Assembly: GCA_033344735.1 (NCBI GenBank)
Contig: JAWPMW010000001.1
Coordinates: 1,182,171-1,246,170, forward strand
DNA from: Gammaproteobacteria bacterium
GTDB taxonomy: Bacteria; Pseudomonadota; Gammaproteobacteria; UBA4575
Length of the DNA stretch: 64,000 nucleotides
Direction: 5' to 3'
Under the pieces are notes generated by a model that saw only the letters and a list, made by a program, of their open reading frames with translations, was not told the DNA's origin and ran no database searches. Below are positions 30,566 to 43,054 of the stretch, piece after piece (position 1 is the stretch's first letter; every line of letters begins with the position of its first letter). The translations under genes and the position numbers were made by a program.

Positions 30566-32959
30566 TTAGGTGTTTCTCAACTCCGCGTTAAATTTGCCTG
30601 CCAGAAGAGAAATGATGTCTGTCATGGTTTGTTCTATTTTTTGTTCTGTAAGAGTGCTAGAAAAGTCCTGTAAAATCAAGCCTAAAGACACGCTTTTTGC
30701 TCCAGAAGGCACACCTTCCCCCTGATATACTGAAAAAATAACTATATCTTGCAACTCACTTATTTGTAAGGCGTAGATTTCATCCAATAAATGCTGTGCA
30801 GCGGTCTCTGCAGCTACTGTAAACGACAGATCACGCCTTACCTGAGGAAATTTAGACCAGGCCTGAAATGTCTCTATAGGTGCATATAACAGTCTCTCAT
30901 TCATATTCATCTCAAAAACCACTACTTCTCGCTTTGCCAACCCCAAAGGCTTCAGTACATTTGGATGTAAACTACCAATGACTCCTATTGGTTGATTATC
31001 AACCAATATTTGCGCTGTTTTGCCTGAATGTAGACCTTTTTGACAATGAGCTTTATAACTTACCTTCTCTAATAAACCCATTTTTTCAAATAATTGTTCT
31101 AGATCTCCTTTTACATCATAGAAATCAATCGACCTTGTCGCTACTCCCCATTGTCTAGGATTCGTCTCGCCAACCGCCACACCAGCAATTACTTCAGTTT
31201 GTTCTAGCCGATTTTCTGAAACTAAATATTTTCGCCCAACTTCAAATAACTTTGTTGTTGTCTGTTGGCGCTTTAAATTATAACTTGCCGCCTCACATAA
31301 CCCTGGCCACACACTAGTACGCATATTAGATAAACCAGTTGAAATAGGGTTAGCTAATTGTTTGGGTTTTCCATCAAAGAATAACAAACAATGTTTTTGC
31401 TCAGTGAAACTGAACGTAACTGCCTCGTTATAGCCCAGCGCAGAAAAGTTTTCCTGTATAGAAAAAATCGCATCAGATTTTTTCTTACTAGCAGAAAAGG
31501 TCAAATTTGAGGACAGTGTTTGAGTTGGAAACTGATCGTATCCTTTAAGCCGAGCAATCTCTTCAATTAGATCAACATCAAACTCTATATCGAAACGATA
31601 ACTTGGAGCTGTTACTAATACCTGGGAATCATCTTTCGAAGTCACAGTAAAGTGTAAAGCTTGCAAAATACTTGTAACTTCATGAGCATCTATATCGATC
31701 CCTAATATTTTAGCGACCTTAGGAATTGATAAACAGATTTCTTTGCGCACCGGGAGATGTTGCTGGCTAAAGATTTCATTCACTGGACCAGCTATGATCG
31801 CTGTTCCGGCATGTGTTTTAATAAGCTCGCTCGCTCGCTCAATGGCGCGTAAGGCTAATTCCGGATCGACACCTCGCTCAAAACGATGCGAAGACTCAGT
31901 ATGCAATCCAAAGTCACGCGCTTTCCCGGCAATAGCAATAGGATCAAAGTACGCACACTCTAAAAATATATTGTTAGTTTCTAACCCTACAGCAGAATCA
32001 CTTCCACCCATAACTCCTGCTAACGCTAAAGCACGCTTTGTGTCTGCAATAACAAGGTTATCTTTCTTCAGCGCAATCTCTTTTCCATCAAGCAATACCA
32101 GCTTTTCACCGTTACTTGCCCTACGCACAATAATTTTTTCGCTAAGCTTATCTAGATCAAATGCATGCATTGGCTGACCCAGCTCAAGCATTACGTAGTT
32201 ACCAATATCGACTATTATATTTATACAACGTATACCGCCGCGACGTAAGCGTTCTTTCATCCAAATCGGTGTGTTCGCTGATGCGTTCACATTTCGAAGC
32301 AGACGCCCGCAATATCGTGGACATATTTCTGGGTTTTCCACATCTACTGGAAATTGATCATTGCTATCCTGTCTAACGCTTGAAATTTTAGTCGCATTTA
32401 TTGGCAATTGATAAAGTGCCGATGTCTCTCTTGCAATTCCTTCAATACTTAAACAGTCCGAGCGATTAGGCGTTAGATCAATATCAAATACAACATCATT
32501 TAGATCTAGAGCATCAGTTAACGAAGAACCTTCTGTTAACTCATCACCTAACTCTAGAATACCATCACTTTCTTCGTCTAAACCAAGCTCAGATGAAGCG
32601 CATAACATTCCCAATGATTCGATACCGCGCAATTTTGCTGCTTTAATTTTCACTCCACCTGGCAACATCGAACCTACTGTTGCTAACGCAACAGTTAATC
32701 CAGCACGTGCATTTTTAGCTCCGCATACGATTTGTCGCTTCTCCCCACCACCAACATTCACTTGACATACTTGTAATTTATCAGCATCTGGGTGAGGTGC
32801 TGTAGATTCAATTTTTGCTACAATTACACCTTGTAAACTTGGTGCGGCAGCTTCAAGGCCATCCAGCTCTAAACCGGCCATGGTCAACTGATGCCCAAGC
32901 TGCTCGCTTGATACATCCGGGCTCACCCATTGTCGCAACCAATTTTCGCTGAATTTCAC
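30566..32959 (-). CDS. pheT: Phenylalanine--tRNA ligase beta subunit
   Basis: 797 aa with an N-terminal tRNA-binding domain plus B3/4, B5 and FDX-ACB domains. The pheS-pheT order supports it. Confidence 0.9.
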   Translation of the reverse strand: MKFSENWLRQWVSPDVSSEQLGHQLTMAGLELDGLEAAAPSLQGVIVAKIESTAPHPDADKLQVCQVNVGGGEKRQIVCGAKNARAGLTVALATVGSMLPGGVKIKAAKLRGIESLGMLCASSELGLDEESDGILELGDELTEGSSLTDALDLNDVVFDIDLTPNRSDCLSIEGIARETSALYQLPINATKISSVRQDSNDQFPVDVENPEICPRYCGRLLRNVNASANTPIWMKERLRRGGIRCINIIVDIGNYVMLELGQPMHAFDLDKLSEKIIVRRASNGEKLVLLDGKEIALKKDNLVIADTKRALALAGVMGGSDSAVGLETNNIFLECAYFDPIAIAGKARDFGLHTESSHRFERGVDPELALRAIERASELIKTHAGTAIIAGPVNEIFSQQHLPVRKEICLSIPKVAKILGIDIDAHEVTSILQALHFTVTSKDDSQVLVTAPSYRFDIEFDVDLIEEIARLKGYDQFPTQTLSSNLTFSASKKKSDAIFSIQENFSALGYNEAVTFSFTEQKHCLLFFDGKPKQLANPISTGLSNMRTSVWPGLCEAASYNLKRQQTTTKLFEVGRKYLVSENRLEQTEVIAGVAVGETNPRQWGVATRSIDFYDVKGDLEQLFEKMGLLEKVSYKAHCQKGLHSGKTAQILVDNQPIGVIGSLHPNVLKPLGLAKREVVVFEMNMNERLLYAPIETFQAWSKFPQVRRDLSFTVAAETAAQHLLDEIYALQISELQDIVIFSVYQGEGVPSGAKSVSLGLILQDFSSTLTEQKIEQTMTDIISLLAGKFNAELRNT

Positions 32960-32990
32960 GTTAACACTCTCGTCTTCATCAAATTATTAT

Positions 32991-34001
<1,011 letters not shown>

Positions 34002-34045
34002 CTATAAAAATCAAGCGTTATAACGCGTTTAGATTACCCCAAATA

Positions 34046-34074
34046 AAAAGGGAAAGGTGAACCTTTCCCTTTTA
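34046..34074 (-). terminator. Hairpin (terminator/attenuator) between rplT and pheS
   Basis: A 9 bp stem agggaaagg/cctttccct with loop tgaa is followed on the minus strand by a T-rich run. It lies 26 nt downstream of the rplT stop. Confidence 0.5.
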
Positions 34075-34099
34075 CAACTAAAAGCCAATCTAGCAAAAC

Positions 34100-34453
34100 T
34101 TATAACTGAGCTTTGGCTTTCTCGGCTAACTGTCCAAATGCAGCAATATCATTCACTGCTAAGTCAGCTAATACTTTTCTATCGACTTCAATAGATGCTT
34201 TCTGCAAACCATTAATTAAGCGGCTATATGAAATATCGAACTGACGGGCTGCAGCATTGATTCTCACAATCCACAAAGATCGGAATTGTCTTTTTCTCTG
34301 ACGACGGTCTCGATAAGCATATTGACCTGCTTTTGTGACAGCTTGCTTTGCTACACGATAAACGTTTTTGCGCGCACCATAATATCCTTTAGCTTTAGCT
34401 AAAACTTTCTTGTGCCGTGCACGTGCGGTTACTCCGCGTTTTACCCTAGACAT
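34100..34453 (-). CDS. rplT: 50S ribosomal protein L20
   Basis: 117 aa starting [16 protein letters not shown]. Confidence 0.9.
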   Translation of the reverse strand: MSRVKRGVTARARHKKVLAKAKGYYGARKNVYRVAKQAVTKAGQYAYRDRRQRKRQFRSLWIVRINAAARQFDISYSRLINGLQKASIEVDRKVLADLAVNDIAAFGQLAEKAKAQL

Positions 34454-34474
34454 TTCTTGTTTCCTTTAAGTATA

Positions 34475-34672
34475 TTAAGAGTACGGCAGCATTCTGCGTA
34501 TCATCGGCGTATCTACTTCTGTTACAACATCGATAGAACGCAAATGACGTTTCCGCTTGGTGCTTTTCTTAGTCAAAATATGACGTAAATGTGATGGCTT
34601 GCATCTAAATTTGCCAGTCGCAGTTTTCTTAAAGCGTTTCGCTGCGCCTCTGTTTGTTTTTAATTTAGGCAT
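34475..34672 (-). CDS. rpmI: 50S ribosomal protein L35
   Basis: 65 aa starting [17 protein letters not shown]. Confidence 0.9.
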   Translation of the reverse strand: MPKLKTNRGAAKRFKKTATGKFRCKPSHLRHILTKKSTKRKRHLRSIDVVTEVDTPMIRRMLPYS

Positions 34673-34701
34673 TTCCTAAAATCCTGTAAATAATTTGTAA
34701 A

Positions 34702-35202
34702 CTACTTTGCTTTCTTAGAAGGCGTTAACACCATAATCAGCTGTCTGCCTTCCATTTTGGGACGTTGTTCTACGTCACCGTATTCGCTCAAATCTGCTTC
34801 AATTCTATCTAACAATTGAGCGCCTAATTCTTTGTGCTGCATTTCTCTGCCGCGGTAACGAATAGTGATTTTAGTTTTATCACCATCCTGCAAAAATTCT
34901 ATCAGCTTACGCAACTTTACCTGATAATCACCTTCTTCAGTTCCCGGTCGAAATTTAATTTCTTTTACCTGAATCTGTTTTTGTTTCTTTTTCGCTTGAT
35001 GCGCTTTCTTATTCTGCTCAAATTTATACTTGCCGTAGTCCATCACGCGACACACAGGTGGCTGTGCATTTGGTGATATTTCAACAAGATCGAGCTCCGC
35101 ATCGCTCGCAATTCGTAACGCTTCTTCAGTAGCAACTACGCCGACATTTTCACCTTCGGCATCTATCAATCTAACTTGTGCATCTAAAATGTCTTCGTTC
35201 AT
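34702..35202 (-). CDS. infC: Translation initiation factor IF-3 (annotated from first ATG; probable non-ATG start a few codons upstream)
   Basis: The translation matches IF-3 from its N-domain onward ([14 protein letters not shown]...[21 protein letters not shown]). In-frame upstream codons ATC-AGT-AGT-AGT-AAA-GAC-GTT-CGA precede the ATG, with a stop just before them, consistent with the unusual IF-3 start codon known in other bacteria. Confidence 0.85.
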   Translation of the reverse strand: MNEDILDAQVRLIDAEGENVGVVATEEALRIASDAELDLVEISPNAQPPVCRVMDYGKYKFEQNKKAHQAKKKQKQIQVKEIKFRPGTEEGDYQVKLRKLIEFLQDGDKTKITIRYRGREMQHKELGAQLLDRIEADLSEYGDVEQRPKMEGRQLIMVLTPSKKAK

Positions 35203-35245
35203 TCGAACGTCTTTACTACTACTGATATGCTGCTCCTAAGAACTT

Positions 35246-37159
35246 TTAAGTATGTATGCCCTTTGCTGTCTGATCAGAAAACAATGCCACTAGGTCCTCA
35301 ATCTTCATTGAGCCTAGATCTTCACCTTGACGCGTACGGACGGCCACAGACTGCGATTCCACCTCTCGATCTCCCACGACCAACAGGAACGGAACGCGTT
35401 GAATTGTGTGCTCGCGAATCTTATAGCCTATTTTTTCATTTCTCAAGTCAAGATTGACCCGAAAGCCTTCATTTATCAGCATTTTTTGTACATTTTGCAC
35501 ATAATCAGCCTGAGCGTCAGTAATATTCAGCACCATCGCCTGAACTGGAGCCATCCAAAACGGCATATTTCCCGCATGGTGCTCAATTAATATACCAATA
35601 AATCTCTCCAAAGATCCAAGGATCGCTCGGTGAATCATAACAGGAGTTTTCTTAGATCCGTCCTCGCTGATATAGCTTGCATCTAGACGAGTCGGCATCG
35701 AAAAATCCAGCTGAATCGTTCCACACTGCCAGCGACGCGCCAAGCTATCTCTTAAAGTGAACTCAATCTTAGGCCCATAGAAAGCACCTTCGCCAGGCTG
35801 TAAGCGGTATTCTAGACCTTTGCTTTCTAGTGAATCTTTTAAGCTCTCTTCCGCTTGGTCCCATAAAGACTCTTCGCCGACACGTTGTTCCGGCCGAGTA
35901 GACAATGCCAATTCGATATCCTCAAAACCAAAGACTTTATATACATCGAATGTCAGATTAATTAGCTTGGCAACTTCTTCTTGTAATTGGCCCTCAGTGC
36001 AAAAGATATGTGCATCATCTTGTACAAAGCGACGTGCGCGCATCAAGCCATGCAATGTACCAGAGGGTTCATTTCGATGCACTAAGCCAAACTCTGCAAT
36101 TTTATAAGGCAAGTCACGATAGCTCTTTAGACCTTGATTGAATATTTGAACATGGCCAGGACAGTTCATAGGTTTCACTGCAAATTCTCGATTTTCTGAT
36201 TTAGTGGAAAAAATCATATCGCCAAATTTATCCCAGTGGCCTGACTTCTCCCACAAACTGCGATCCAATACTTGAGGAGTATTCACCTCGTTATAACCAT
36301 GATCAGCAACTATCTTTCGAATATACGTCTCTACCGTTCGATATAATTCCCAACCACGCGCATGCCAAAATACCATACCTGGCGCCTCTTCTTGGAAATG
36401 GAATAAATCCATTTGTTTGCCTAAGCGGCGATGATCACGTTTTTCAGCTTCCTCTATGCGTTGAATATATTGCTTAAGTTGCTTCTTATCTGGCCACGCG
36501 GTGCCATAAATACGCTGCAGCATTTGATTGTTTGAATCGCCGCGCCAATATGCACCAGCTAATTTAGTTAATTTAAACGCTCGTAGGTGACGTGTATTAG
36601 GCACATGAGGACCTCGACACATGTCTGTGTATTCTTGATGATGATATAGCGCAATAATTTCACCGTCTGGAATTTCACTTGCGATTTCTACTTTGTATGG
36701 CTCATTGCGTGAAGTGAATGCATCCACTGCTTCTTGTTTCGAAACTACTTTGCGGATCACATCATAATCTTCGCTTATTAACTCTTTGATGCGCTTTTCA
36801 ATGGCTTCTAAATCCTCAGGCGTGAAACTCCGTTCGTATTCAATATCGTAATAAAACCCGTCTTCAATCACTGGGCCAATCGCCATTTTTGCTGTAGGGA
36901 AAAGTTGCTTTACTGCATGACCAATCAAATGGGCAAAAGAGTGACGGATAATTTCCAAGCCCTCTTGGTCTTTGCTTGTGATAATTGATAAATCTGCATC
37001 TTCGCTGATTTCTACACAGGCATCGACTAGTTGACCGTTCACTCTTCCCGCAATAGTGGCTTTAGCCAACCCGGGGCCAATCGACTTTGCTACTTCCGCA
37101 ACAGTGACTGCTTGATCGAATGATTTAGTATTGCCGTCTGGCAGAGTGATTTGAGGCAT
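35246..37159 (-). CDS. thrS: Threonine--tRNA ligase
   Basis: 637 aa with N-terminal TGS and editing domains, a class II core and an anticodon-binding domain. It heads the thrS-infC-rpmI-rplT-pheST block. Confidence 0.9.
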   Translation of the reverse strand: MPQITLPDGNTKSFDQAVTVAEVAKSIGPGLAKATIAGRVNGQLVDACVEISEDADLSIITSKDQEGLEIIRHSFAHLIGHAVKQLFPTAKMAIGPVIEDGFYYDIEYERSFTPEDLEAIEKRIKELISEDYDVIRKVVSKQEAVDAFTSRNEPYKVEIASEIPDGEIIALYHHQEYTDMCRGPHVPNTRHLRAFKLTKLAGAYWRGDSNNQMLQRIYGTAWPDKKQLKQYIQRIEEAEKRDHRRLGKQMDLFHFQEEAPGMVFWHARGWELYRTVETYIRKIVADHGYNEVNTPQVLDRSLWEKSGHWDKFGDMIFSTKSENREFAVKPMNCPGHVQIFNQGLKSYRDLPYKIAEFGLVHRNEPSGTLHGLMRARRFVQDDAHIFCTEGQLQEEVAKLINLTFDVYKVFGFEDIELALSTRPEQRVGEESLWDQAEESLKDSLESKGLEYRLQPGEGAFYGPKIEFTLRDSLARRWQCGTIQLDFSMPTRLDASYISEDGSKKTPVMIHRAILGSLERFIGILIEHHAGNMPFWMAPVQAMVLNITDAQADYVQNVQKMLINEGFRVNLDLRNEKIGYKIREHTIQRVPFLLVVGDREVESQSVAVRTRQGEDLGSMKIEDLVALFSDQTAKGIHT

Positions 37160-37254
37160 TTATTTCTCCAGTGGTGGCCAATACGAGAGACCACTTGATT
37201 ACATTTTTTAGTTAAAACTACGAAATTATCTATAACAACTTATACAATTATGTT

Positions 37255-37331
37255 TGGTAGGCGCGATTGGATTCGAACCAACGACCCCCACCATGTCAAG
37301 GTGGTGCTCTAACCAACTGAGCTACGCGCCT
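37255..37331 (-). tRNA. tRNA-Val (anticodon GAC)
   Basis: Manual fold gives AGGCGCG acceptor, GCTC D-stem, CCACC-TTGACAT-GGTGG anticodon arm, GTTGG-TTCGAAT-CCAAT T-arm, discriminator A and an encoded CCA. Confidence 0.85.
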
Positions 37332-37425
37332 GCAACTAACGCTTATGTTTAGCGCTCCAACAGGACTGCGAAAGGTAGCACAGACAAACTTCGATTTGTA
37401 GCTGGACTTAAATCAAACACAAATA

Positions 37426-39453
37426 CTAGCCTGCCTCGACATTTGGCTTACCCAAAGCAAAATTCTTTAGGCCCTGGATTTCATCTCTGACTCTAGCGGC
37501 ATCCTCAAATTCTAAGTTGCGCGCAAAATCATACATTTTCTGTTCTAGTTGCTGAATTTGCTTAAGTGCTAGCTCTGGCGTTAATACTTGGTAATCACTA
37601 TCAACTTCTGCAATCTCATGCATTTGTTTATAACGCTGCTGATCGTAACGTGACTGTGCTCCTTCCATTATGTTACCGATCGATTTCTCAACACTGCGTG
37701 GAGTAATATTGTGTTTTTTATTGTATTCTTGCTGTTTAGTTCTTCGTCGATCAGTTTCTTCTATGGCACGCTTCATTGAACCAGTAATCTTATCTGCATA
37801 TAAAATTGCTTTACCATTTAGATTTCTTGCGGCTCTACCAATTGTTTGAATTAAGGAGCGATCTGATCTCAAAAAGCCCTCCTTATCAGCATCAAAAATT
37901 GCCACTAACGAAACTTCAGGAATATCTAATCCTTCTCGCAACAAGTTAATACCCACTAAAACATCAAATACGCCTTTTCGTAAGTCTTGGATAATCTCCA
38001 CCCTTTCCACAGTATCAATATCGGAATGCAGGTACCTAACACGCGCACCATTTTCTTCCAGATACTCCGTCAGGTCCTCTGACATGCGTTTAGTTAGCGT
38101 AGTAATTAATACTCGTTCACCTTTTGCAGCACGTTGATTAATTTCTGATAAAGCATCATCTACTTGAGACGCCACGGGGCGTATTTCAATAACTGGATCA
38201 ATCAATCCTGTGGGACGAACTACTTGTTCTACAACTTGAGAAGATTTTTCCGTTTCATAATCACCAGGAGTAGCAGATATATATATTACTTGAGGAGATA
38301 AATTTTCGAATTCCTCAAACTTTAATGGACGATTATCCAATGCTGAGGGTAAACGAAACCCATATTCAACCAGAGTACTCTTGCGCGAACGATCACCCTT
38401 ATACATTCCACCAAACTGAGGAACAGACACATGACTTTCATCCATGACCATCAATGCATTATCCGGAAGGTAGTCCAACAAACAAGGAGGGGGTTCGCCA
38501 GGCCCACGTCCACTTAAATAGCGAGAGTAGTTTTCAATGCCGTTGCAATAACCAAGCTCTTGTAACATCTCTAAGTCATATTGAGTTCGCTGCTCTAGTC
38601 GTTGCGCTTCAACTAGTTTTTCAATATCCCTCAACCCAGTTAGACGGCCCTTAAGTTCTTCTTTGATTGAACCAATTGCCTCAAGTATCACACCTCTTGG
38701 AGTCACATAATGTGATTTAGGATATACTGTCAATCGAGGCACTCTCCTCAACACTTCTCCGGTGAGAGGATCAAAATAACTCAACTGCTCAATTTCATCG
38801 TCGAATAATTCTATCCGTATTGCTTCTCGCTCAGATTCTGCTGGATGCACATCAATTACTTCTCCACGCACGCGGAATGTGCCACGTTTTAGTTCTATAT
38901 CATTGCGCTTATATTGCAACTCAGCTAAACGTCTGAGTAATGTTCGTTGATCTGTAATATCACCACGATCGAGATGCAACACCATATTCAAATATGAGCG
39001 CGGATCACCAAGACCGTAAATCGCAGACACTGTGCCTACGATAATAGTGTCATTTCGCTCAAATAATGCTTTAGTCGCTGATAGACGCATTTGCTCAATA
39101 TGGTCATTAACTGAAGCATCCTTCTCTATGAAGGTATCGCTTGAAGGCACATAAGCTTCAGGTTGGTAATAATCATAGTAAGAAACGAAGTATTCGACAG
39201 AGTTACGTGGAAAAAACGATTTCATTTCTCCATATAGCTGTGCAGCTAAGGTTTTATTTGGAGCCAATACGATTGTGGGACGTTGCACATGTTCTATGAC
39301 CTTAGCAATAGTAAATGTTTTGCCTGAACCTGTTACCCCCAACAGAGTTTGGTGTGCTAGCCCGTCATTTAAACCTTCAGTTAACTCAGCAATCGCAGTC
39401 GGTTGATCACCTGACGGCTCAAATGATGATTCTATTCGAAATTCTTTAGTCAT
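37426..39453 (-). CDS. uvrB: Excinuclease ABC subunit B
   Basis: 675 aa with a Walker A GVTGSGKT motif, helicase motifs and a C-terminal UvrC-interacting coiled coil. Confidence 0.9.
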   Translation of the reverse strand: MTKEFRIESSFEPSGDQPTAIAELTEGLNDGLAHQTLLGVTGSGKTFTIAKVIEHVQRPTIVLAPNKTLAAQLYGEMKSFFPRNSVEYFVSYYDYYQPEAYVPSSDTFIEKDASVNDHIEQMRLSATKALFERNDTIIVGTVSAIYGLGDPRSYLNMVLHLDRGDITDQRTLLRRLAELQYKRNDIELKRGTFRVRGEVIDVHPAESEREAIRIELFDDEIEQLSYFDPLTGEVLRRVPRLTVYPKSHYVTPRGVILEAIGSIKEELKGRLTGLRDIEKLVEAQRLEQRTQYDLEMLQELGYCNGIENYSRYLSGRGPGEPPPCLLDYLPDNALMVMDESHVSVPQFGGMYKGDRSRKSTLVEYGFRLPSALDNRPLKFEEFENLSPQVIYISATPGDYETEKSSQVVEQVVRPTGLIDPVIEIRPVASQVDDALSEINQRAAKGERVLITTLTKRMSEDLTEYLEENGARVRYLHSDIDTVERVEIIQDLRKGVFDVLVGINLLREGLDIPEVSLVAIFDADKEGFLRSDRSLIQTIGRAARNLNGKAILYADKITGSMKRAIEETDRRRTKQQEYNKKHNITPRSVEKSIGNIMEGAQSRYDQQRYKQMHEIAEVDSDYQVLTPELALKQIQQLEQKMYDFARNLEFEDAARVRDEIQGLKNFALGKPNVEAG

Positions 39454-39535
39454 TCGCTTTATCGAGACTAGTAAAATACAGTATGATCACGATCGGAAAT
39501 TATATTGAAAGTATTTATAAGGAAATTATACGCAA

Positions 39536-40720
39536 TTGGACATTAAATTAGCTTCCCGCGTGAGAAGGATCAAACCCTCGCCAACTCTAGCTGTCACTGC
39601 AAAAGCCAATCAACTCCGACTTGAAGGAGTGGATGTTATTAATTTAGCTGCAGGCGAGCCAGACTTTGACACTCCAGAGCATATTAAACAAGCCGCAATA
39701 GATGCTATTAAGGCAGGAAAAACCAAATACACTCCAGTGGGTGGAACAAATTCTCTTAAAGCAGCTGTTATCGACAAATTTGAACGTGATAATGGACTAA
39801 CTTATAGCCCAAATGAAATTTTAATTTCTAATGGTGGCAAACAAAGTTTTTACAACCTGTGTCAGGCCGTTATTGAACAAGGTGACGAAGTCATTATTCC
39901 TGCACCATACTGGGTCTCTTATCCTGACATGGTGTTATTGGCTGATGGCATTCCTGCCTTCATCATAGCTGATCACACTCAATCATTTAAGATCACTGCA
40001 AAACAACTGACTAGCAAAATTTCCACTAAAACTAAAATGCTAGTATTAAACAGTCCGTCCAATCCAACTGGGACTTGCTACACCGCAAGTGAACTTGAGA
40101 GCCTAGCTGAAGTATTGCTCAAGCATCCTCAAATCTTAATCGCCACTGATGATATGTATGAGCACATTTTATTTAACAATGAGAAATTCAGTAATATTTT
40201 GTCGGTGTGCCCAGAATTAAAGTCCAGGACAATAGTACTTAATGGTGTATCGAAAGCTTACTCGATGACAGGTTGGCGTATTGGCTATGCTGCCGGCTGT
40301 GTTGATATCATTGAATCCATGAAAAATATTCAGTCACAAAGCACCTCAAACCCATGCTCAATTTCTCAGGCTGCCGCTGAAGCTGCTTTATCATCAGACC
40401 AGGAATGTGTAAACAAAATGAATGCCGCATTTGAGGAGCGACATAATTTTGTGATTGAAGAATTAAATAAAGTAAATGGTATTAGCTGCACTCCATCTCA
40501 GGGTACTTTTTACTGTTTTGCCAATGTTGATGATGCTATAAGGCGAATTTCTGGAGTAGAAAACGACGTGGACTTTGCTACACATTTATTAACTAAGTGC
40601 GGCATTGCAGTTGTCCCTGGAACAGCCTTTGGTTTGCCAGGCTACATGCGCATTTCGTTTGCAAATTCAAAAGAAAAATTAGCCGATGCTATGCAGCGGC
40701 TTAAAGAGGTTTTAGGTTGA
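39536..40720 (+). CDS. Aspartate/aromatic aminotransferase (class I PLP fold)
   Basis: 394 aa with an SKAYSMTGWRIGY PLP-lysine region, divergently arranged from uvrB. Confidence 0.75.
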   Translation: MDIKLASRVRRIKPSPTLAVTAKANQLRLEGVDVINLAAGEPDFDTPEHIKQAAIDAIKAGKTKYTPVGGTNSLKAAVIDKFERDNGLTYSPNEILISNGGKQSFYNLCQAVIEQGDEVIIPAPYWVSYPDMVLLADGIPAFIIADHTQSFKITAKQLTSKISTKTKMLVLNSPSNPTGTCYTASELESLAEVLLKHPQILIATDDMYEHILFNNEKFSNILSVCPELKSRTIVLNGVSKAYSMTGWRIGYAAGCVDIIESMKNIQSQSTSNPCSISQAAAEAALSSDQECVNKMNAAFEERHNFVIEELNKVNGISCTPSQGTFYCFANVDDAIRRISGVENDVDFATHLLTKCGIAVVPGTAFGLPGYMRISFANSKEKLADAMQRLKEVLG

Positions 40721-40761
40721 AAGTAGCACGCAATATTAAATGCGCGCTGCAAAAGAAATCT

Positions 40762-41139
40762 TTATTCTACGGTGTTGGCATTAGAATAATTTGCGCCAGC
40801 ATTCATCTTTGAATACTCTTGCTCAACAAACTGCTTAAATTGCTGTGCTTTAAGCGTGTCAGACAGACTAAGCATTTGCATCAAGCCGTCCTTTGAAACA
40901 ATCATCATATCAATCCATGGATTTTTTGGGTTCTCTGGAGTATCAACACGAAATTTTTCTTTCTGGGTATCAGATAACTCTCTAGTAGCTACAGTGACGT
41001 TAGGTTTACCTGTACGACTATTAATAGCAAGACATACACAACGGCAGACATCTGCAGCAACAAACCACATGTCTCCAGTTTCTTGTTCGACCAGCCTAAT
41101 TTGGTGGCCCTCATATTCCATTATTGCAACACTACTCAC
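40762..41139 (-). CDS. Bro-N domain protein (phage antirepressor-like N-terminal domain only)
   Basis: 125 aa; the N-terminal ~75 aa (FEGHQIRLVEQETGDMWFVAADVCRCV...) follow the Bro-N consensus. It ends 343 bp before tRNA-Asn. The call rests on motif recognition only. Confidence 0.5.
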   Translation of the reverse strand: MSSVAIMEYEGHQIRLVEQETGDMWFVAADVCRCVCLAINSRTGKPNVTVATRELSDTQKEKFRVDTPENPKNPWIDMMIVSKDGLMQMLSLSDTLKAQQFKQFVEQEYSKMNAGANYSNANTVE

Positions 41140-41482
41140 CCAAAATTCTCCTTAATCCCTAAGACTCCATGACGTTCCTTCGGCTACTGTATTGAGTTCA
41201 ACAGCACTCAAAAAACCACCTCGGCTAACTGGTAGAAACCGTCTGATGATCTGTGTAAGAGCCATATACTAAGCCCATTACATGGATAGGAATTGTAGTA
41301 CTACGAATCAATGCGAAAAGTGAATTACCTAACGTATTAACTCTCGTGTGCTAGTAGTAGTTCACATTTCTATATAATTCACTAGGAGATGAGATAAGCG
41401 TGGTGGAAATTACGATAGTCGATAGAAAATTCCGAGAGTTGACCGAACCTTAAGAGACCAGTAACATCTCGGCCTTCCTGAT

Positions 41483-41557
41483 CCTCGGTAGCTCAGTTGG
41501 TAGAGCGGGTGACTGTTAATCACTAGGTCGGCGGTTCGAGCCCGTCCCGAGGAGCCA
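41483..41557 (+). tRNA. tRNA-Asn (anticodon GTT)
   Basis: Manual fold gives TCCTCGG acceptor, GCTC D-stem, GGTGA-CTGTTAA-TCACT anticodon arm (one G-U pair), GGCGG-TTCGAGC-CCGTC T-arm, discriminator G and an encoded CCA. Confidence 0.85.
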
Positions 41558-41700
41558 AGTTACTTTCGCAACTTTTAGAGAAATCTAACAATCGACTTAA
41601 TTCCAGAAAATTCAACAAATTCTGATCTGCACTTCAAGTATTTGAATGTGATGCGGTGATTGTTGAGATCAGTTAATAAGTTTTTTGTTCTAACAAAAAA

Positions 41701-42573
41701 TTAGCTTTTTAGACTCTGTAAATAATCAGTAAAATCACTTCCAATTTCAGCATGTTTCATTCCATACTCAACGGTTGCTTGTAGATAGCCTAGCTTACTT
41801 CCACAGTCATATCGACGACCTTCAAATTCATACGCATAGACTGAACGCTGCTTAATTTGATTGGCAATGGCATCGGTTAATTGAAGTTCGCCACCTGCCC
41901 CTGTATCAGTATTTTCGAGAATTTCAAATATTGATCCATCGAGAATATAACGGCCGACTACAGCTATATTCGAAGGTGCTTGTTCTGGTTTCGGTTTCTC
42001 AACGATGCCAGAGATTCTCCACAAATTATCATTCACCTGATCACCAGAAATAACACCATAGCTCCCTACTGTTTCTTGAGGGACTTTTTGCACGCCAATG
42101 ACACCACTATTCTCGCGCTCGTAGATCTCGACCATCTGTTTTAAACAACCTTTAGAAGAGCTATCAATTAAATCATCTGCCAGAATTACCGCGAATGGCT
42201 CGTTACCCACAACAGGTTTACCGCACAGTACGGCATGCCCCAATCCCAATGCTTCAGCTTGCCTTATATATATACATGAAATGCCGGCAGGAAGGATATT
42301 ACGGACAACATCTAACATAACAGTTTTACCTTTCGTCTCTAGTTCAGCTTCAAGCTCATAGGCTTTATCGAAGTGATCAGGAATTGAGCGCTTACTTCTC
42401 CCTGTAATAAACACCAATTCTTCAATACCTGCTTCAACAGCTTCCTCTGCAGCGTATTGAATTAAAGGTTTATCAACAATCGGTAGCATTTCCTTAGGAT
42501 TCGCTTTAGTAGCAGGTAGAAATCGGGTTCCCATACCAGCAACTGGGAATATGGCTTTGCGAATCTTTTTCAT
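41701..42573 (-). CDS. galU: UTP--glucose-1-phosphate uridylyltransferase
   Basis: Starts [31 protein letters not shown], the GalU nucleotidyltransferase signature. The track ORF extends 25 codons further upstream without homology. Confidence 0.85.
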   Translation of the reverse strand: MKKIRKAIFPVAGMGTRFLPATKANPKEMLPIVDKPLIQYAAEEAVEAGIEELVFITGRSKRSIPDHFDKAYELEAELETKGKTVMLDVVRNILPAGISCIYIRQAEALGLGHAVLCGKPVVGNEPFAVILADDLIDSSSKGCLKQMVEIYERENSGVIGVQKVPQETVGSYGVISGDQVNDNLWRISGIVEKPKPEQAPSNIAVVGRYILDGSIFEILENTDTGAGGELQLTDAIANQIKQRSVYAYEFEGRRYDCGSKLGYLQATVEYGMKHAEIGSDFTDYLQSLKS

Positions 42574-42686
42574 AAATTCATCTCTAAAGTAAATTTTATT
42601 AAATGATGATACCCAATTGATATGACGATATAAACAAAAAGGACCCACAGAATAGTGAGTCCTTTTTTAGCGCATGACTAATAAAG

Positions 42687-42950
42687 CTACTCTAACAAAA
42701 TGATACCTTGATTCTTATCTAGAGTAGCTGTACCGATACCTTTAACATCAAGAAGTTGATCCTGAGTTTGGAAACCACCGATTTTCTCTCGGTATCGGAC
42801 TATCGCTTGGGCTTTTTTCAGGCCCACTCCTTTCAAATTTTCAGCTAACTGTTGGGCTGTGGCTTGATTAATATTAATAGGTGATGCTGCTAATGGACCA
42901 GCAACAAATAAAGCTACAACTAATGCAGCTATCAAATATAATTTTCGCAT
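42687..42950 (-). CDS. comEA: ComEA-like periplasmic helix-hairpin-helix DNA-binding protein
   Basis: 87 aa with a signal peptide followed by tandem HhH (ININQATAQQLAENLKGVGLKKAQAIV...DVKGIG). Confidence 0.7.
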   Translation of the reverse strand: MRKLYLIAALVVALFVAGPLAASPININQATAQQLAENLKGVGLKKAQAIVRYREKIGGFQTQDQLLDVKGIGTATLDKNQGIILLE

Positions 42951-43054
42951 GAAGTGTCTCCAATTGACTTAATTATTAGAAATTCAACGCTAAGTAAATG
43001 AGCGTAGATCTAGTTTAATTAAGCAATCGAAGCAACGTAAACGAACAACGTGCA

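Noticed and set aside
30245-30673. 142 aa plus-strand ORF overlapping ihfA and the MerR gene
   Set aside because: It is antisense to two well-supported genes and has no start context or motif, so it is a likely spurious six-frame ORF.
31743-32177. 144 aa plus-strand ORF inside pheT
   Set aside because: It is antisense to the conserved pheT coding sequence and shows Ser/Ala/Arg-rich composition typical of reverse-frame noise.
39454-39535. Possible LexA (SOS) box upstream of uvrB
   Set aside because: An ACAGTA half-site is present (…ctagtaaaatacagtat…), but there is no CTGT with the required N8 spacing, so no credible SOS operator by eye.
41140-41482. tmRNA or other structured ncRNA immediately upstream of tRNA-Asn
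   Set aside because: No tRNA-like 3' domain, conserved tmRNA 5' end or strong nested helices were recognised. The region is left as an unexplained spacer.
41683-41702. Palindrome ttttttgttctaacaaaaaa downstream of galU as a terminator
   Set aside because: The stem is composed only of A-T pairs and overlaps the galU stop codon. It is too weak to call as an intrinsic terminator.
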